A stretch of 52,315 nucleotides of DNA, counting the filler, from Sphacelaria rigidula (lineage: Eukaryota), in assembly GCA_964200075.2 (NCBI GenBank). It is 4 parts of 4 records of this genome, joined end to end, with 100 filler letters (N's around TTAATTAATTAA, not from the genome) between each part and the next. Parts side by side here need not be neighbours in the genome. Positions count along the whole stretch, not along the records: positions 26,210 to 39,213 come from CAXNAA020003238.1; positions 39,314 to 52,315 come from CAXNAA020003239.1; 2 more parts are not named here. One strand, given 5' to 3'. Position numbers and translations under genes: made by a program. The notes beneath the pieces were generated by a model, which saw only the letters and a list, made by a program, of their open reading frames with translations, was not told where the DNA came from and ran no database searches. Shown piece by piece: positions 38,150 to 51,709 of this stretch (position 1 is the stretch's first letter; every line of letters begins with the position of its first letter).

Positions 38150-38232
38150 AAGAAAAAAGTCAACGCATCGAGAATTGAACCCACGTTCTCTTAACGCAAA
38201 TGGTGACAATCGAACCATTACACCACCTGGGC
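38150..38232 (-). mobile_element. tRNA-derived SINE head or tRNA pseudogene
   Basis: Minus strand GCCCAGGTGGTGTAATGG (A box) ... GGGTTCAATTC (B box). No intact cloverleaf. Confidence 0.5.
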
Positions 38233-39400
38233 GCAGTGGATTGGAGGGGTTGTAAGTATAACGGAAATGCAAAAACTCTTGAGCCCTCTAAGGGTTCTTT
38301 ATCTGCTTCTAGTGGAGATTTGGGTCATGGAAATGGCGAGGGTCTACGGAAAACAGCACTTGGAAGCAAGTGTCATCCGGCGGCTTTGGAAAAATACAGG
38401 TGGAAAAAGGCTGCTTCAACCGGCCCAGCGATGAACTCCGTCCGCTACGAGCTGGTCCAGCCTAGAAACGGGTTTAAGCTCTCAAAGCAGTATCTGATCG
38501 ACACAGACGAGTTTGGCTGTGATCCGCATATCGTACTAATCGTTCAATCAGGGGAAAGGTGCCTATTCGTTCAAAAAGTCTGGGCCAATTTTTCGCGTTG
38601 ATTGAACACCACGTCCAGTAATTTCTATACCGTACGGAATATGCGTTCATACTAAAGTCTATTTGAAATCGATATGTTACGGGCAGAGGGACAAAATGCA
38701 CAAAATCTCAGTGTTGTGAACTGGTTTGGTTGACCAGTTACAGTTATCAATTAAAGCTGGATAACGGAAGGCGAAACCGCCCCGCGACTCCGCCAGCATT
38801 GCCTGGCAAGGCAACGCGGCGGAGTCGCGTAAACGACCTCCCCCCGGCTGGTGAGGGGGGGCCGTCGGAGGAAAAAGAAAAACACTATATTGTATGGGGG
38901 AAAATGACATTTCACTGAAACTTGCGACGTGAACAAAAAAACGAAGCGGTGAGACAGTTGTGGAGCATAAATAGCGCTCCGCGTGTACCACCCAAGCGCC
39001 AGCGACTACTCGTAGCACGACAGCATGGTAACGTTATTGAGTGTGGCTTCATCAGCCCGGAAAACTCAACAGAAACCTCGACTATTCCTCATTCTTGGGT
39101 ATCACATTGACCAGCCGCCACTGAACGCTCAATCCTTGATGCCTAACGAGCTGGGCCAGCCCAAAAACGGATTTAAGCTCTAAAAGCAATATCTCATCGA
39201 CACAGACGAGTTGNNNNNNNNNNNNNNNNNNNNNNNNNNNNNNNNNNNNNNNNNNNNTTAATTAATTAANNNNNNNNNNNNNNNNNNNNNNNNNNNNNNN
39301 NNNNNNNNNNNNNGGGGGGGGGGGGGGGGGGTATAAATCGTTTTCCAGTCTGTAGGGCCCCTTGGTTCACAACGTATATCTAAACTACAACGCTCATGAA

Positions 39401-39522
39401 ATGGCGACTCAAGGAGGACACCATTCTCGTGTCAGGGGAGATTCCGACTCAGGAGTGGAGGATGAAGAGATAGAGGTAGAGCTGGAGCTGCAAGGCCGCG
39501 GTGGCGGTCTAGGTCGGAACAG
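39401..39522 (+). CDS. Probable first exon of PhoD-family phosphatase (acidic cytosolic tail)
   Basis: MATQGGHHSRVRGDSDSGVEDEEIEVELELQGRGGGLGRN ending AG|gtacgc. Phase 2 fits the exon at 45122. The link is inferred from phase only. Confidence 0.55.
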
Positions 39523-40183
39523 GTACGCACCTACTGTTGTAGGTGACGGTGTATAACACCCGATGGTGACCGTAGGTAACACTCGAGTTTCTTGAAAAGC
39601 AGTTCTCTGCGCATACCATGTATGCAATATAGGGGGAAACCCGGGCGACACCGCCCTAATATCATGCATATCTTGCCGCGTTGTTTCTCCAGTTTTTGTG
39701 AAGTTTTTGGTTGACATCGTCGCCCAGGCGTGCTGTCTCAGTCACGCACTGGACTATACGGTGGACAGCACCTGGTTTGTGCACCAATGCACCTGCTACA
39801 CGCAGCCGTGCTGCGAGGTTCGATCACTTGCTGCCGAGATACATGCGGTGCGTTAGCTCCTTGGTATATGGTGAAGTTGTGGCCAGCTTTGGTACGAGTG
39901 CTATGTGCGGCGACAGGGGACGTTGCGTCCAATTTGCTCCGAATGTAAGATTCGAGGTTCGTCTACTGTGTTGAATGCTACGAGCTGGGCCAGCCTAAAA
40001 ACGGATTTGAAGTATGCATGATCCAGATGGACTACCGTCGCGGTCTAAGGGTTCAGCTCTCATAGCGATATCCCATCGACACTGATAAATCGGACCGTAA
40101 CCCGCATATCTTTCAAATCGTTTAATCAGGGGAAAAATGCCCATCTGCTCATGATGCCGGACCAATTTTTGTTCCTTGATTAA

Positions 40184-42238
40184 CCCTTAGACAGCGCCCC
40201 CCCCCCCCGGCAGCTGGACTGAGATGGACTACCTGTACAGGATGCGTGTAGTAGTGTTCTTTTTCCATGATATGGAGGTGGCGTTTTGGCAGCTGAGGCG
40301 TGAAGGGAATCCGCACCCTGCGTCAGATGACGCCGAAACGTGGAGAATGTGTAGATTGGTATTGGAGGAAGGTGTCACAGTCACACGTGCAACAGCAGGG
40401 GAAGTCGCTGACGACTCGGTCTATATTGATACGATGTTTACCCACGATGCGTGGGATTTTTATTATTTCGACACCCTGCTGTCTGATGACGATTGTAGTG
40501 GGTACTAAAATGTGGACAGTCGAAGGTTAAGCTCCTGTCGCGCGACCAGTGGGTGGTGCCACAGACCCTTGCTGGCGTACCTGGCACTGGGGGCGACATC
40601 CCAGTGCAGACAGTCCCATCACTACCGAGACGGCCGTGCAAACAGGTTGGCAGCCGGGATAATTGTTGCACTGGTGTTCTTCTAGCGTCATCAACTCAGA
40701 GTACGGCCGCACAGGCTTTGCACGTGAATATTTATGTAGTTGCCACACTTCCACTACCGCCATGTGCTGTGGATTATTTCACGATCTCACCGCCTAATAA
40801 ATATGTGTACATAAATAACACCCTCGACAAGAGTTTTCTACAATCAGTATACAATTTAAAAAAATGCGCAGTGTGGAAGCTATTGCCCATTGCGACGTGC
40901 GCAATACTCGTAGTGGAAACTGCGCGCAGTATCACTTCTAGACAGTGTAAAAATCTCCACGGTATGAATAATTACAGCCGGCTTTCGCGCTATGACGGCT
41001 GTTTTACCGTACAGCTGCGCTCAAAATACAGGCAGGCATTTTTGCGGCAGAGGCGGCATTTTACTCCTGCGTGCGTCGCCTAGGGCAAATGCACGCTTAG
41101 CTGCAACACCAACCGCTGTAAAAGATGTGGCGGGGCGAGAGGTGGTACAACTCGTACCCTCAGACAGCGAGCAGTATCATAAATTTATACAGTATACAAG
41201 TGTGGTACGAAATCCATGCGCGCGGGTGAGGGGCGGCCTGTAGAGGAACCCTGCACAAATTCGCCGTGTTCTACCGGGACGCGACCTTTTTCAGTAGCAA
41301 TCGCTTGCGATGTGTGCTGTCACGTGTCTCATGCGTGATGGCGCTTTTTCCATCTCCGCACACCGCTCGTGAAGCCAGCTCTTGATGCTGGAAGTGCCCA
41401 CCCCTCTTCCCGTGATGATCTCCACTCGCGGTCTGATACAATTGAAGCTGCGAGATATGGTCGTATCTACGAGAAGGTACATATTCTCCCACGCAAATGC
41501 CACCATAATATGGAGAAGGAATGACACTGCTATGCCACATTTTGGGCTCAGATCAGCTGTTATCTCGCTACATAACACGCCTCCTTTCATAACCATGTGG
41601 ATGCTGAGCATGTATATAGAAAATAGTTCTGGAGGACTTCTGACCGCTTTTGACCGTGCAGTCCATTGCGTGCAGAGTGAGTACAAGTGTGTTGTGTCTC
41701 CGCTGGATGCAACGGCAAGAAACATTCAGCGTGCCATCTCTCTCCACTGAACATACCCAAGTCGCTGCATCCTGCTGATGCCTTTGATTGTTCCACAACA
41801 ACCCTACCGACAGGGTGAAGCTATGCTAGCAACACATGAGGCGTCAGACAGGCGGGACAGACCACAGGCAGAGTACAAAGCATGTTACTTGTGCCCATGT
41901 TATTCATGGTTGCATTGCCATGGCCAAAATGAGAAATACCGCTAGATAGCGAAGTCGTCCACCTGTAGTTCACCTGTGGGGGAACTACGGGCTCATTATT
42001 GACGGCCATGATGAATCAGAATGGTCATTCCGCGCCTCTCGGGCCTCGTTCCTGGCTAAGAGTCTTCCGCGAGAAAATTCCAAACACACATGGTTGACTT
42101 GCTGAGCTTCCCGGCTGCTCTGCGAACGGACACCCCCTACCCCCCGTCGCTAACCATCCCCCCCTCCACCGCAAGACCCCGAATATCTCCGGACCGTCAG
42201 CCGGTGACTGTTCCGAGGCGACGCTCGCTGTCTGAGGG
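40184..42238. mobile_element. Non-autonomous piggyBac-type element (2055 bp)
   Basis: TIRs CCCTTAGACAGCG / CGCTGTCTGAGGG (12/13 match). TTAA at 40180-40183 and 42239-42242. It splits a host repeat whose uninterrupted copies lie near 4700 and 38446. Confidence 0.85.
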
Positions 42239-43725
42239 TTAAACGTCATGTCGAGTACTTCCTACACCGTACGGAGATGGGGCCCATACTCAAGTCCTTA
42301 TGAAATGCCGAACGATATGTACAATGGATTATTACGATTTCGGTGTGGACATTCCCTGGAGCGTGGGAAAACCGTCGATACCCTAACCTTCATGTGATTC
42401 GCTATCCTTCCAGCGATCTAGCGCCCATGATATCCTGTACTAAATTCAAAATGTTGCGTGCAGAGGCAATAAAAGCACTAAATCTATTGTACCACATATT
42501 TGTTAAAAATATTCTGTACACTGAGTCATTTTCTGAAGGAGTGGGTATCGCTTACTAGCGATGCCGAAGAACAGACAAGCAGGGAAACATCATTTCGAGC
42601 ACAGTGCCGTACTGTGGCACGCCAGGGTAGTACAATGCAGGACACTGATCATCACAGTAGACGGTAATGCCGTGCGGTAGTATGATGGTACAGAACAGTT
42701 CATAATACCGGTGTGTGATTACAGTATGAGTGCAGTGCCGTATATTACTGTCTGCTGCTCCGGTTTCAACGAGGTCAAACCCTTCCTGCTCTGTCACCTT
42801 ACGGCACTGTACATGAGCCGTACAGGTTGGGGTGGCCTCGAAATTTTGCAGATCGGGAGATGTTCGCGTGGAAATCGAGAAATCGAACCGGGGCTACCCT
42901 AATCTGGGCCATATCTGTACCTGTGATGGACGAAATGCAAATCTGAACGGCCCCAATCCGCGCATAGATCCAGACCTACGTCGCCACAGTACCTGGTGTT
43001 GAATCTTGAATATTGCGTCGAGCTATTCCCCTTTATTCTGTATATCGAAGACTGACACTTTTGTCAGGCTTCGAATGTTGATGGCAGCATGGCACAGTAG
43101 TACGATGAACAAGAACGACCTTACTGCTTATGCAAGGCAAAACCATGAAGGATGACCAATGCATTATTCTGTAATGGTGTCGAAACACTGAAGCCGCAGC
43201 GTACATCTTTCTCCCCAACTTCCATGAGACTTTCAACAGGCGGAAATGTCCCCAAAAACGTTTCGGCGCCCCTTTGGCTGTTGCTTCCTCACGTACTAGG
43301 TGCTCTTTCATCACGGGACGACCCGGGATCACAAGGAATGCCTCCATCTTTTTTTGGTTCGTTTCTCAATAACAGAGTGTGGGTCGGTAGTTTTCTTGAG
43401 ACCCGAAATCCCAACGCCTGCTGAAACCCCTTACGGATAGTCCAATCTTGGGCATCATGGGTGTGAGGGAGACGCATCCTCTCTCCACAGCACAGTGCCT
43501 TCACGTACAACCAAAACGCCATACACTCTTTCCAGGGAAGGGAAGCGAGACAGGTACGGTCGACAGCCGCCACCAACGACTTCTCTTGTGCCACTATTTT
43601 GAAAGGATCGTATCTTCGCCTTTGTACATGCTCTTTCGTTTTTGTCACATGGAATTGTACTCTGACATGCCACCACCCCCATTCTTCGGAAATAGCGAAC
43701 CTGGTGTTTTGAGTTCTTCTACTAG

Positions 43726-43727
<2 letters not shown>

Positions 43728-43771
<44 letters not shown>

Positions 43772-43940
43772 ACTACTACCACTACTACTACTTCGACTAC
43801 TGCTACTACTACTACTACTACTGCTACTACCACCACTACTACTATACTTGTTGTTATTAATGTTTTCATTATCATCATCATTATTGATGGATATATCTAT
43901 ATGATGATGATTATCATTATCGTCATTATTATCATTATTA
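43728..43940. repeat. Compound microsatellite (GCT)n(ACT)n(ATC/ATT)n
   Basis: Directly visible. It explains the poly-A/T/I/V ORFs at this position. Confidence 0.95.
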
Positions 43941-45121
43941 TGTGTTTTGGGTATACGTAGGTTTCAAATCCTGCACGAGTCAGACTCCAACCATTGTGGC
44001 TTTTCTTGTCCCTCTGCTGTCGTTAGCATGCGTACGATTGAAGACTACAATAGCAGGGCAACTAGAGAACGCAGGAAGGCACTAAGGTCGTTCCTTGAAC
44101 GATGAAAAACCCCGGCTCGAATATTTTCCTGTATTTTCGGAGAGATTTTTCAGACACCGTTTCTTGTGGGACGTGTTGTTCGAGACTGTTTGATAGAAAT
44201 GTTCCCAGCGAAAACCACCACTCACACAATCGCTTGAGAACTGCCCCCACTGCTCAAACTGGAACAGACTGGTTTGAGATTCGCTACAGCCGAGACGCCT
44301 CCGTATGCACGCGGCGGGTTAGGAGTATGGAGTTGGGACGATGTGTAGGTCTAACAGGGACATCAGAGCGGTTGGGTTGGCCATGGTACACCAGCTTCAC
44401 AACAGCACTGTCTTGATGGCGACCGTGATGACTCAGATGGCCGTCGCAGGCAGTGTATAGGTCACACCCTGGACAATGTATTCGATTGTAAAGAAATGTA
44501 CTGCGTACAGTATGGAATATGTTGTCTCTTGCAATAGGCGCAATAGTCGATACTGTACGCAGTACACTTTTTTACTTTGTATTATCCTGTCCGAGGTATG
44601 ATATCGTTAATGTCGAGAAATCTTCTAGAACTGACAGTGACGGTCTATTTTTCGACGAATAAACGCCGGTTGCTTCGGCGCTGCTTCCTGTCTTCGCGAT
44701 GCAGCGGTTGGTGAATATGCCGTAGTTACTCTGCGCGACACGATACACGTACTATTCAGCTTTCTACGCCGGTTGCGTATAATCGACATTATCCATTCCA
44801 TGACCAAGTACAACCCCGCCTCCGGAAAGTCACGTCTTCCAGTTGGCGTGCAACTCTTGAACTCTATAAGAAGCGATATTCAAGACAGGTTTGAAAAAAG
44901 TACGTATGTCCAAGAAAGCACAACGTTTTTTTATTTCAATGTACTGCTGCTCTCCAACGCCATAAAAAGCGTCCTCAATATGACTTTATGGTGACCGGAT
45001 TGCCCGCTTCTCACATCACGCCGCCGCATTCCAAGGCTGTCCTTAAAGGACCCGACTATGTTTTCGCAGGAATCACATGCCAGCTATTGTGACGTCTTCT
45101 TCTGTCCATACATGCATGCAG

Positions 45122-45278
45122 GGTCGGAGATATAGATGACAGCCGAGGCGTGCTGCGAGGAGCACGGGATGGATGGGGACTGGGCAATGACCATAGCGAC
45201 TGGGAAAAGATCGCGAGACGGAATCAACGCCTGTTAGTCGTTTCCACTGCATCTGTGGCGGGTCTTCTTGCCATCTTG
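45122..45278 (+). CDS. PhoD-family phosphatase exon, start of TM anchor
   Basis: tgcag acceptor and gtacga donor. VGDIDDSRGVLRGARDGWGLGNDHSDWEKIARRNQRLLVVSTASVAGLLAIL joins VALVSVAL of the next exon to give a continuous TM helix. Confidence 0.65.
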
Positions 45279-47283
45279 GTACGACTTGTTCCGTTTTTTT
45301 CTTTTCTTTCTTGAAGCTTTCACGTTCCTCTCACGTACGTTTTCAAATAATGATATCGACGAGACTGTTGACGCTGCCATTCGAAGATATACACGGTCAA
45401 AACGTCTTCGTTAATCCTTCCGTAACTGCGGCGTGCTAACAACCAGTGAGCCTGTCCGAGGGTATTCACCACCTGCTACGCTCAGGGGGTAACATGTGAG
45501 GCTCACGAAACAGTGCAGGAATATGTTGTTGCACAGTGTAGTTCAGCACAGTATAGTCAAAGTTGTGGTATACATCTGACATCCCAGCCACTTGCTGGCA
45601 GAGCGATTCGCGAAGGCTAAGAAGGGTCTTCGCCGCCACCTCAGATCGTTAGACTTCGCTGCCAGTATGACACATACCTGTGAAGCAGCGACGGCGTGTG
45701 TTGAGGATATGTAGACCACGGCAGGCGCCATTCCTGTGGCCATAGTGCCTACCGCTACTGGTAATGTGCTGGCCATACAATGGCCTGAGGGAATAACCAA
45801 AGCACGGCTCTCATCGATGGGTATGTATGGTCATTCATCGAGGGATCCGCCGCTTGTCTATCTCCTTTCAAACACAGAATTCGGCTGGAGCGGAACAGAA
45901 GTAATTTCCCGCGTACGCTAAAGGCAGTTACCGGGAACCATTACAGAAGTGCATGACCGTCACATCGCTTGTTGCGTGCGGAATCTCCGTCTCCTGCCCG
46001 GGATAGAAGGTGCACTAGACCAAAGCATGGCTGTGACATCCGGTCTGTGCATGGTTGCTCGCCCTTTCCCCCACTGGTGTACTTGTTGCTTTCGTTGTGC
46101 AATAAAGGTGTGAATTTACCACGGTTAGGACGACTAAACTCGTGATTCAACCCATATTCATCATTTCAACGAAGAAATCATACTATTTATACATCATCTG
46201 TGATTCATACAGCTCATCAGCTCGTGCGTCGTGCAGCATAACCCAAAGGTACCCGCTTCCTACCTTCCATGAATACCGGGGTAATTAATGGGCACACGGT
46301 CAACCCTGCACTGCAAATTTGAATGCATCGATTGTACATGCCACGCACTCCTCACCGTTATGAGTCGGGAACGTCATGTACAACTTGCTTGACCAAGTCG
46401 TTCGAGGTGAGCGCCCGTATATTTTCCCCACCTTCGGGCTAGTGCGGGACCGGCAAGTTGTACAGGTAGAATCTTCACTTCCGATGGGCCCTGAACCTCG
46501 CGTGATTTTCTCACAGCTGTAATGCGCGCAAGATGACTGCGCTGCATATGTGTTATCCACCCTCGACTCAGCTGGACCAACGGTTTATACAGCATGACTG
46601 CTTTCACATCATGGGGAGTCGACTGGTATGAACTCTGATTCGTCCTAACCGTTGAATCTATGTGGGCTCGTATGTAATTGGGTTTAAATTCACCGACCGT
46701 CAGGGAAGCCTCTGATGAGACCGGTGGTGAGCACCACTTTATATTAAAATCGATTTGTTTTTCGCAGAAACCTACCTCGCTGACTATCAATGTGCTTTCA
46801 ACCGTGCGTCTACACACTGTATACAAGAGCGGAATGCCATCGGCTGCACGCTTTTTATTCTCTCGATAACTCGTACATTGACGCCTCTGTTGGTCGTTCG
46901 ACGTGAAACCGCCGCGCTCCAGTGATCCAAAGCTACAACTGACGCCGTAACGGCGGGGAAAACGCGGGTTTCCATTCCGCCAGATGCGTGCGAGTATAGT
47001 TTGGCTTTTTTCTCAGAGAATCTGAGTTCCGTTTTCGAAAGCGTGAGGGTGTTAGTGGCGAAAGATTCTGCTCGGCTGGGTGTGTTGGGAAACGGTCGAC
47101 GCGATGCGGTAGTGCTCATCCACTTCCGCGATGCCACAATGCGAAGCGTGTGCCGAGAGACGGATGGGCTGATCGTCTAGTTTGGCATTTTGTGCAGGGA
47201 GAAACTGATCTCCGTTATTGAAAAGCTGAAGGCGCCAATTGCAAAACTTTCTGTTTGGCTAAGGTTTTGTCACTACAGACACA

Positions 47284-47400
47284 AGTCGACGCGGTGCGGG
47301 CGTGCTGATCCAATTCTGCGATACCACAACGTGAGGCGTGTTCCGAGGGAGATATGGGTCAATCCCTGTAGACACGGTCTCGTCCCGAGGAAGGAGAGTG
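47284..47400 (+). repeat. Dispersed ~120-150-bp repeat (GTCGACGCGGTGCGGGCGTGCTGATCC...)
   Basis: Other copies at ~17885 (-), 22000, 25705, 37825, 47095 and 47850-47970 (-). Confidence 0.7.
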
Positions 47401-49494
47401 ATTGAAAGTAGGACCATGGGAATGAATGTTGGTAGGTGAGCAATGTACACACGTGATTGATTCAGTCTACACCAAATGGTAATGATCGTAATAGTGATGT
47501 ACTGCCTGTGTGTTCGTTTATTCGCGCCGTGGTAGCTGAGGGTCACTGGAGCGGTTTACATCTAGAGCTGCCATTATATGTTGATACAGATCTCTGTTGA
47601 AATGTTGTGTATGCAGTTTGTGAGGGATAGCAAACAACGCCCTCGATCCTGGATCCGATTTTTTGTATCTTCCTTACACCTTACTTTGGATAGTTAGCTT
47701 GTGTCGACGGCGAGGCGTCCGCATCAGATGCCCAGTACAGAGTACTGTGCAGATATCGACATGGGTTTTAATGTGAAGATAACAACAACCCAGGCGCGGC
47801 ATAGTAAATGTCGAGCGGAGGGGGCCTCTGTGATGGTTTCACCTCCTGCCTTTCCTCGCGTCCGTAGTCTCAGAGGATCAACCCATCTCTTCATGGTGAA
47901 TGCCCGACATTTCGGTGTCACGAATTGGATCATGACCAGCACGCATTCTCGTACCGCGTCGACTCTCCTCAACGCTTCTGTGTTGTACTCACATCCTCAT
48001 TTTTCCAAGGACAAAAATAAGATCCTCTCCAGAAAACACTTATATATCAAGTTTCAAGCAGACGTGCGAATTCTATCTGGTCGCCTACTCCGTACCCTCC
48101 GGAATACCGTTACGTGCAGAGTTGATGTGGAGCGGTGGTGCGACTACTTTCCGAGCAACATCGAGTCTGGTGAGAGATCCAGAAAAAGCCGACTGAGCCT
48201 GATATGAGTGTCTCTCTCTCTCTCCGGGGACGATGCAAAGTACTCGTGAGGTCGTACCCCGTTCGCATCCTCCCCCACTGTCCCCTGGTCTGAAAACCAC
48301 TTCGGGTGCTCTATTTCGGCGATTTTGGCACAATACGCTACATATAGTGCTTCACCGGAGAGCTTTGCGTACCTACCACCCCCCCCCCCGCAGCCCTCGG
48401 CCCGCCCCCCCTTGGATGCGCGCGCCAATCGGCGGCTCATGGGGCGCGCAACCACCCCGTACGCCCCCCTTCCCCCCCGCGCGCACCCCCCCGAGTTCCG
48501 CCTCCGGGTGATAATTTTCCTGGGTTCAAACTGTTTACCCGAGATATGTAGATAAATTATTCTACGGGGATCTGATATCTTTCGACCGCAAGGTAATACA
48601 ATGCTGATGCGATGGTGAAAAAAAAGAGGTGGGAGAGGGTGTACTGATGATCTCGAATGCCGTATTCATCAGACCATTGACCTCGTATCCCTGCGAAGTC
48701 GCGACGAAGGACGCCGGGTTTTCGCTGGATCAGGCTCGCAGTCGCCAAGCCCGAAGCGCCGCGGTGTGTTCGGCGCGTCGCAGGAGGGGTGACGTGCATC
48801 CTACTAATTGTTGAGCCCGAAGCATACTAATTATCTTGCAAATGGAAGACAGCCTACAATGGTTTGCTTCATTTCCTGGTATCGCTACTCCCTGAGACAG
48901 CCAAGGGTTACACTGCCTCACGGGTATCTCACTATATAAACCCTGCGTAGTACGATCATCCCTTTCGCGCGGAGATCGGGTTCTCCCACCCCGCGAAATA
49001 TTATATGGCTCAACCACCATCATGGTTACCGTAAAACCGCGAGTGAGAAAGAAAACGGCAACCTGGTTGCCCAGCTTTCGCAGTTTGAGTGGCGTGCTTT
49101 ACGGTGTCGTTGCCAACCGACACCAACCCTTGAAGGGAGGGGAGGGGAGCAGTATACCGTATCCCTGCATGAAGTTATTGTTTCATTTGTTGATTCACTT
49201 TTGGTGTGATGTGTTTTGTCTTCTCTTTTGCTATGTGTACATGATTTCTTCTCGCATACGTGTTTCAGTGGTAGCTGTTACTGTAGCTCACGGAAAACCG
49301 GGTGGGGTTGTGTCCATGCCCTGAGTGATGTAGCGCAAGCATGTACTTGCCGCAGAAATATCTCCTTCTTGTGCGGACCAACGCAGCTAGCAAGTTTTTT
49401 CTGGGGGCGGGGATTTGCAGGATGCTGGGAAAACCAGGAACGTGCTCACCACGCTTCGCTCCCCAACCTACCCTCGTGTTTGTTGACGTTACAG

Positions 49495-49640
49495 GTAGCG
49501 CTCGTGTCTGTTGCTCTCCGCGAAGGAGTGCACGTGGGGGACGATGAAGTCGGGCACATCGCCGCGGGAGAGGCAAATGACAATTCGCATCCTGCTCTGG
49601 TGCCAAGGGAGGTGTCCAAGATAGCTTTTGGTTCGTGCAC
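49495..49640 (+). CDS. PhoD-family (alkaline phosphatase D-like) exon
   Basis: VALVSVALREG...EVSKIAFGSC(T). The IAFGSC motif opens the PhoD metallophosphatase domain. gtgagc donor in phase 2. Confidence 0.8.
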
Positions 49641-51709
49641 GTGAGCCAGTCTAGGGTTCGATTGGCAGGGAGTAGGTACATGACGAGCGCTCGACAGGTT
49701 TTTTCAATTCGTTTTTTTTTCCCTTCAGTGTACTCCGATTGTTCCGTCCTTCATTTTTCCTTCATATTTTCCCTGTCTCGCGTCTCTTTTTGCGATTGTG
49801 CCCCGTTTTTTTTCTTCCTTATGTACGTTTATCTTGTGACCACGTCTGAAGTCCTCGAGGACCAGTGAACGCGCAGCAATCACTCAAGCGATGTAATCCG
49901 CAGCCCCTCTCTTCTTCTTTTTTGTCGGAGGCCGCTTCTTCTGGTCCGAACAAGGGCGGGCGATGGCATTTTCCCTATGCCTGTTCTCGGGGGAAACGGT
50001 TTCCGAAAGCGTTTGTCATGTCTAGAGAAAGTGTGGCGAGTTTTACGCCAAGATGCAAGCACCCGCTCCCTTCGTATTTGCCATCATTCATTTTGGCAAA
50101 CGAAGTAGCTGCTGCTGTACCGTCCGTTCTTTAGAGCTATCTAGTGCCTGCACTGCTCTGACCCGTGCTTTGCATGTACTGTACAGTGCTCTGTCTTCGC
50201 TGCCGTTCTGCATGTGCCGTGTAGTATGCTGCTGCCATTTCACAGGAATGTCCTATATAGATCTCTGCTGCAGCTGAGGGTACTGTCCGTACTGTTGCAC
50301 AGAGGTACTGGCTGCGTTGTACTGGTGCTGCACTGCGCAGTGCTGTGTGCTGTCTGTACTGTGCTGTGCATAGCTGTACTCCATGCATGTACTCTATGTA
50401 CTTCTAGTCGCAACGCATTTGATGGGTAGAGCGTCTCAATGAAACCTTTCTCCGACGACCGTTGATCTCTCCGAGAACGGCCTACTTTTGTCGTCGAGAT
50501 GAGCGAGGGAAACACCTCTCTGGCAAAACTCCTGACCGCGGAGAACTTGTCTCCGAGGAAAGGGTCCATGAGAAACTGTTTCAGAACGACTTTAGGATAA
50601 TCATCTGGATATAGAAGAAAACGGCCATTTTCCCAGAGTGTTTGGTTGTGGGACATTGATGACAAGGAGAATGACCCATGCGTCACGCACGCACACACGT
50701 TCAACACATACACACACACATTTTCGACAGTACGGGCAAAACCTATCAAGAATGTGAGAAAATATGGAGGTGAGAACTCTTACCGTTCAGTTACCATCTT
50801 GGAACCATTTTTAACCATGAAAGCACAAGGCCAGTTTGTTCATTTTTGCATGTTGTTCATTTTCGTTCCGGGGAAGGGGGAAAGTTGCACTATCTTTTCC
50901 AATCACATTGTTTGTTGTAATTTCCAGATTTAAAAATTGGACATCTCCACGAAGATCATCACTGCTGCTTTTTCCATGCAGCATGGGGTAGGCGCAACCC
51001 TGATTCTGCGCTATTGTGATATAACTGCGTGTAAATATGATTTTGGCGGTGATTATGGGGATATTCGGAACTTACATTGCTGGCAAGAAAACGTGTTATA
51101 AAATGTAGAATGCGGGATGTTGGCCCCACATCGTTTAGCATGGACCAGCCGTTTTTCATTTTTGCAGGTGCAAAATGAAGAAGCTGGTTACCTAAAGCAT
51201 CCCTTTAGTCGAAAACCGCTTTCTGACCACAAAAACAGATTCTTCGGGTAACCTGTCGAATATTCGGACTATTTTCATTGTGACTGTTGATGGTTTGTTT
51301 GCTCCAGGATGTATATTCGCGATGTGTGCCCTCTCTTTCAATTTTCCTTAATTTTTCTTAATTTTATATCTTATATCTGTCCACCCTCAACCATCTCAAT
51401 TCTCTCCTCCTTGGGACGAGTCTGTCGTCCCAAGGGATCGATCAATCCATTTCCCGCGCGATATTGCACCTGCATTGCACTGCATTGTTGGCCATTTGTA
51501 TTACAATACCCCTCCCGCAGCCCGTCAATATCCATGAAAGTAAGCCGTTGTCTTCCCTACATTCCCCCCGTCCATCACCCTCCGTCTTGAAAGGGATGCG
51601 CGGTCAATGGTCAAACGACAAAGGCAAGCAACAAATGAGTACGCCCCCCTCCCCCCGTCCATCACCCCCTCGATACCTTTTGACGGATAAAAATTCCCGG
51701 ATCGAGCAG

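Noticed and set aside
43100-43200. PHD-finger-like start ERPYCLCK...FCNG
   Set aside because: An in-frame stop follows and the remaining Cys/His ligands are missing.
43448-43960. 170-aa ORF with poly-Ala/Thr/Ile
   Set aside because: It is a translation of a compound microsatellite.
44800-44903. Alternative phase-2 first exon for the PhoD gene (MTKYNPASG...)
   Set aside because: Phase-compatible but less coding-like than 39401-39522. It cannot be excluded without RNA data.
46710-46775. CTGATGA hammerhead-like cores (also at ~2760 and ~48666 on the minus strand)
   Set aside because: No closing stem II followed by GAAA, and no stems I or III.
48640-48800. GC-rich exon-like segment on the minus strand
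   Set aside because: It has a diverged inverted copy at ~51870-51950, so it is a dispersed repeat.
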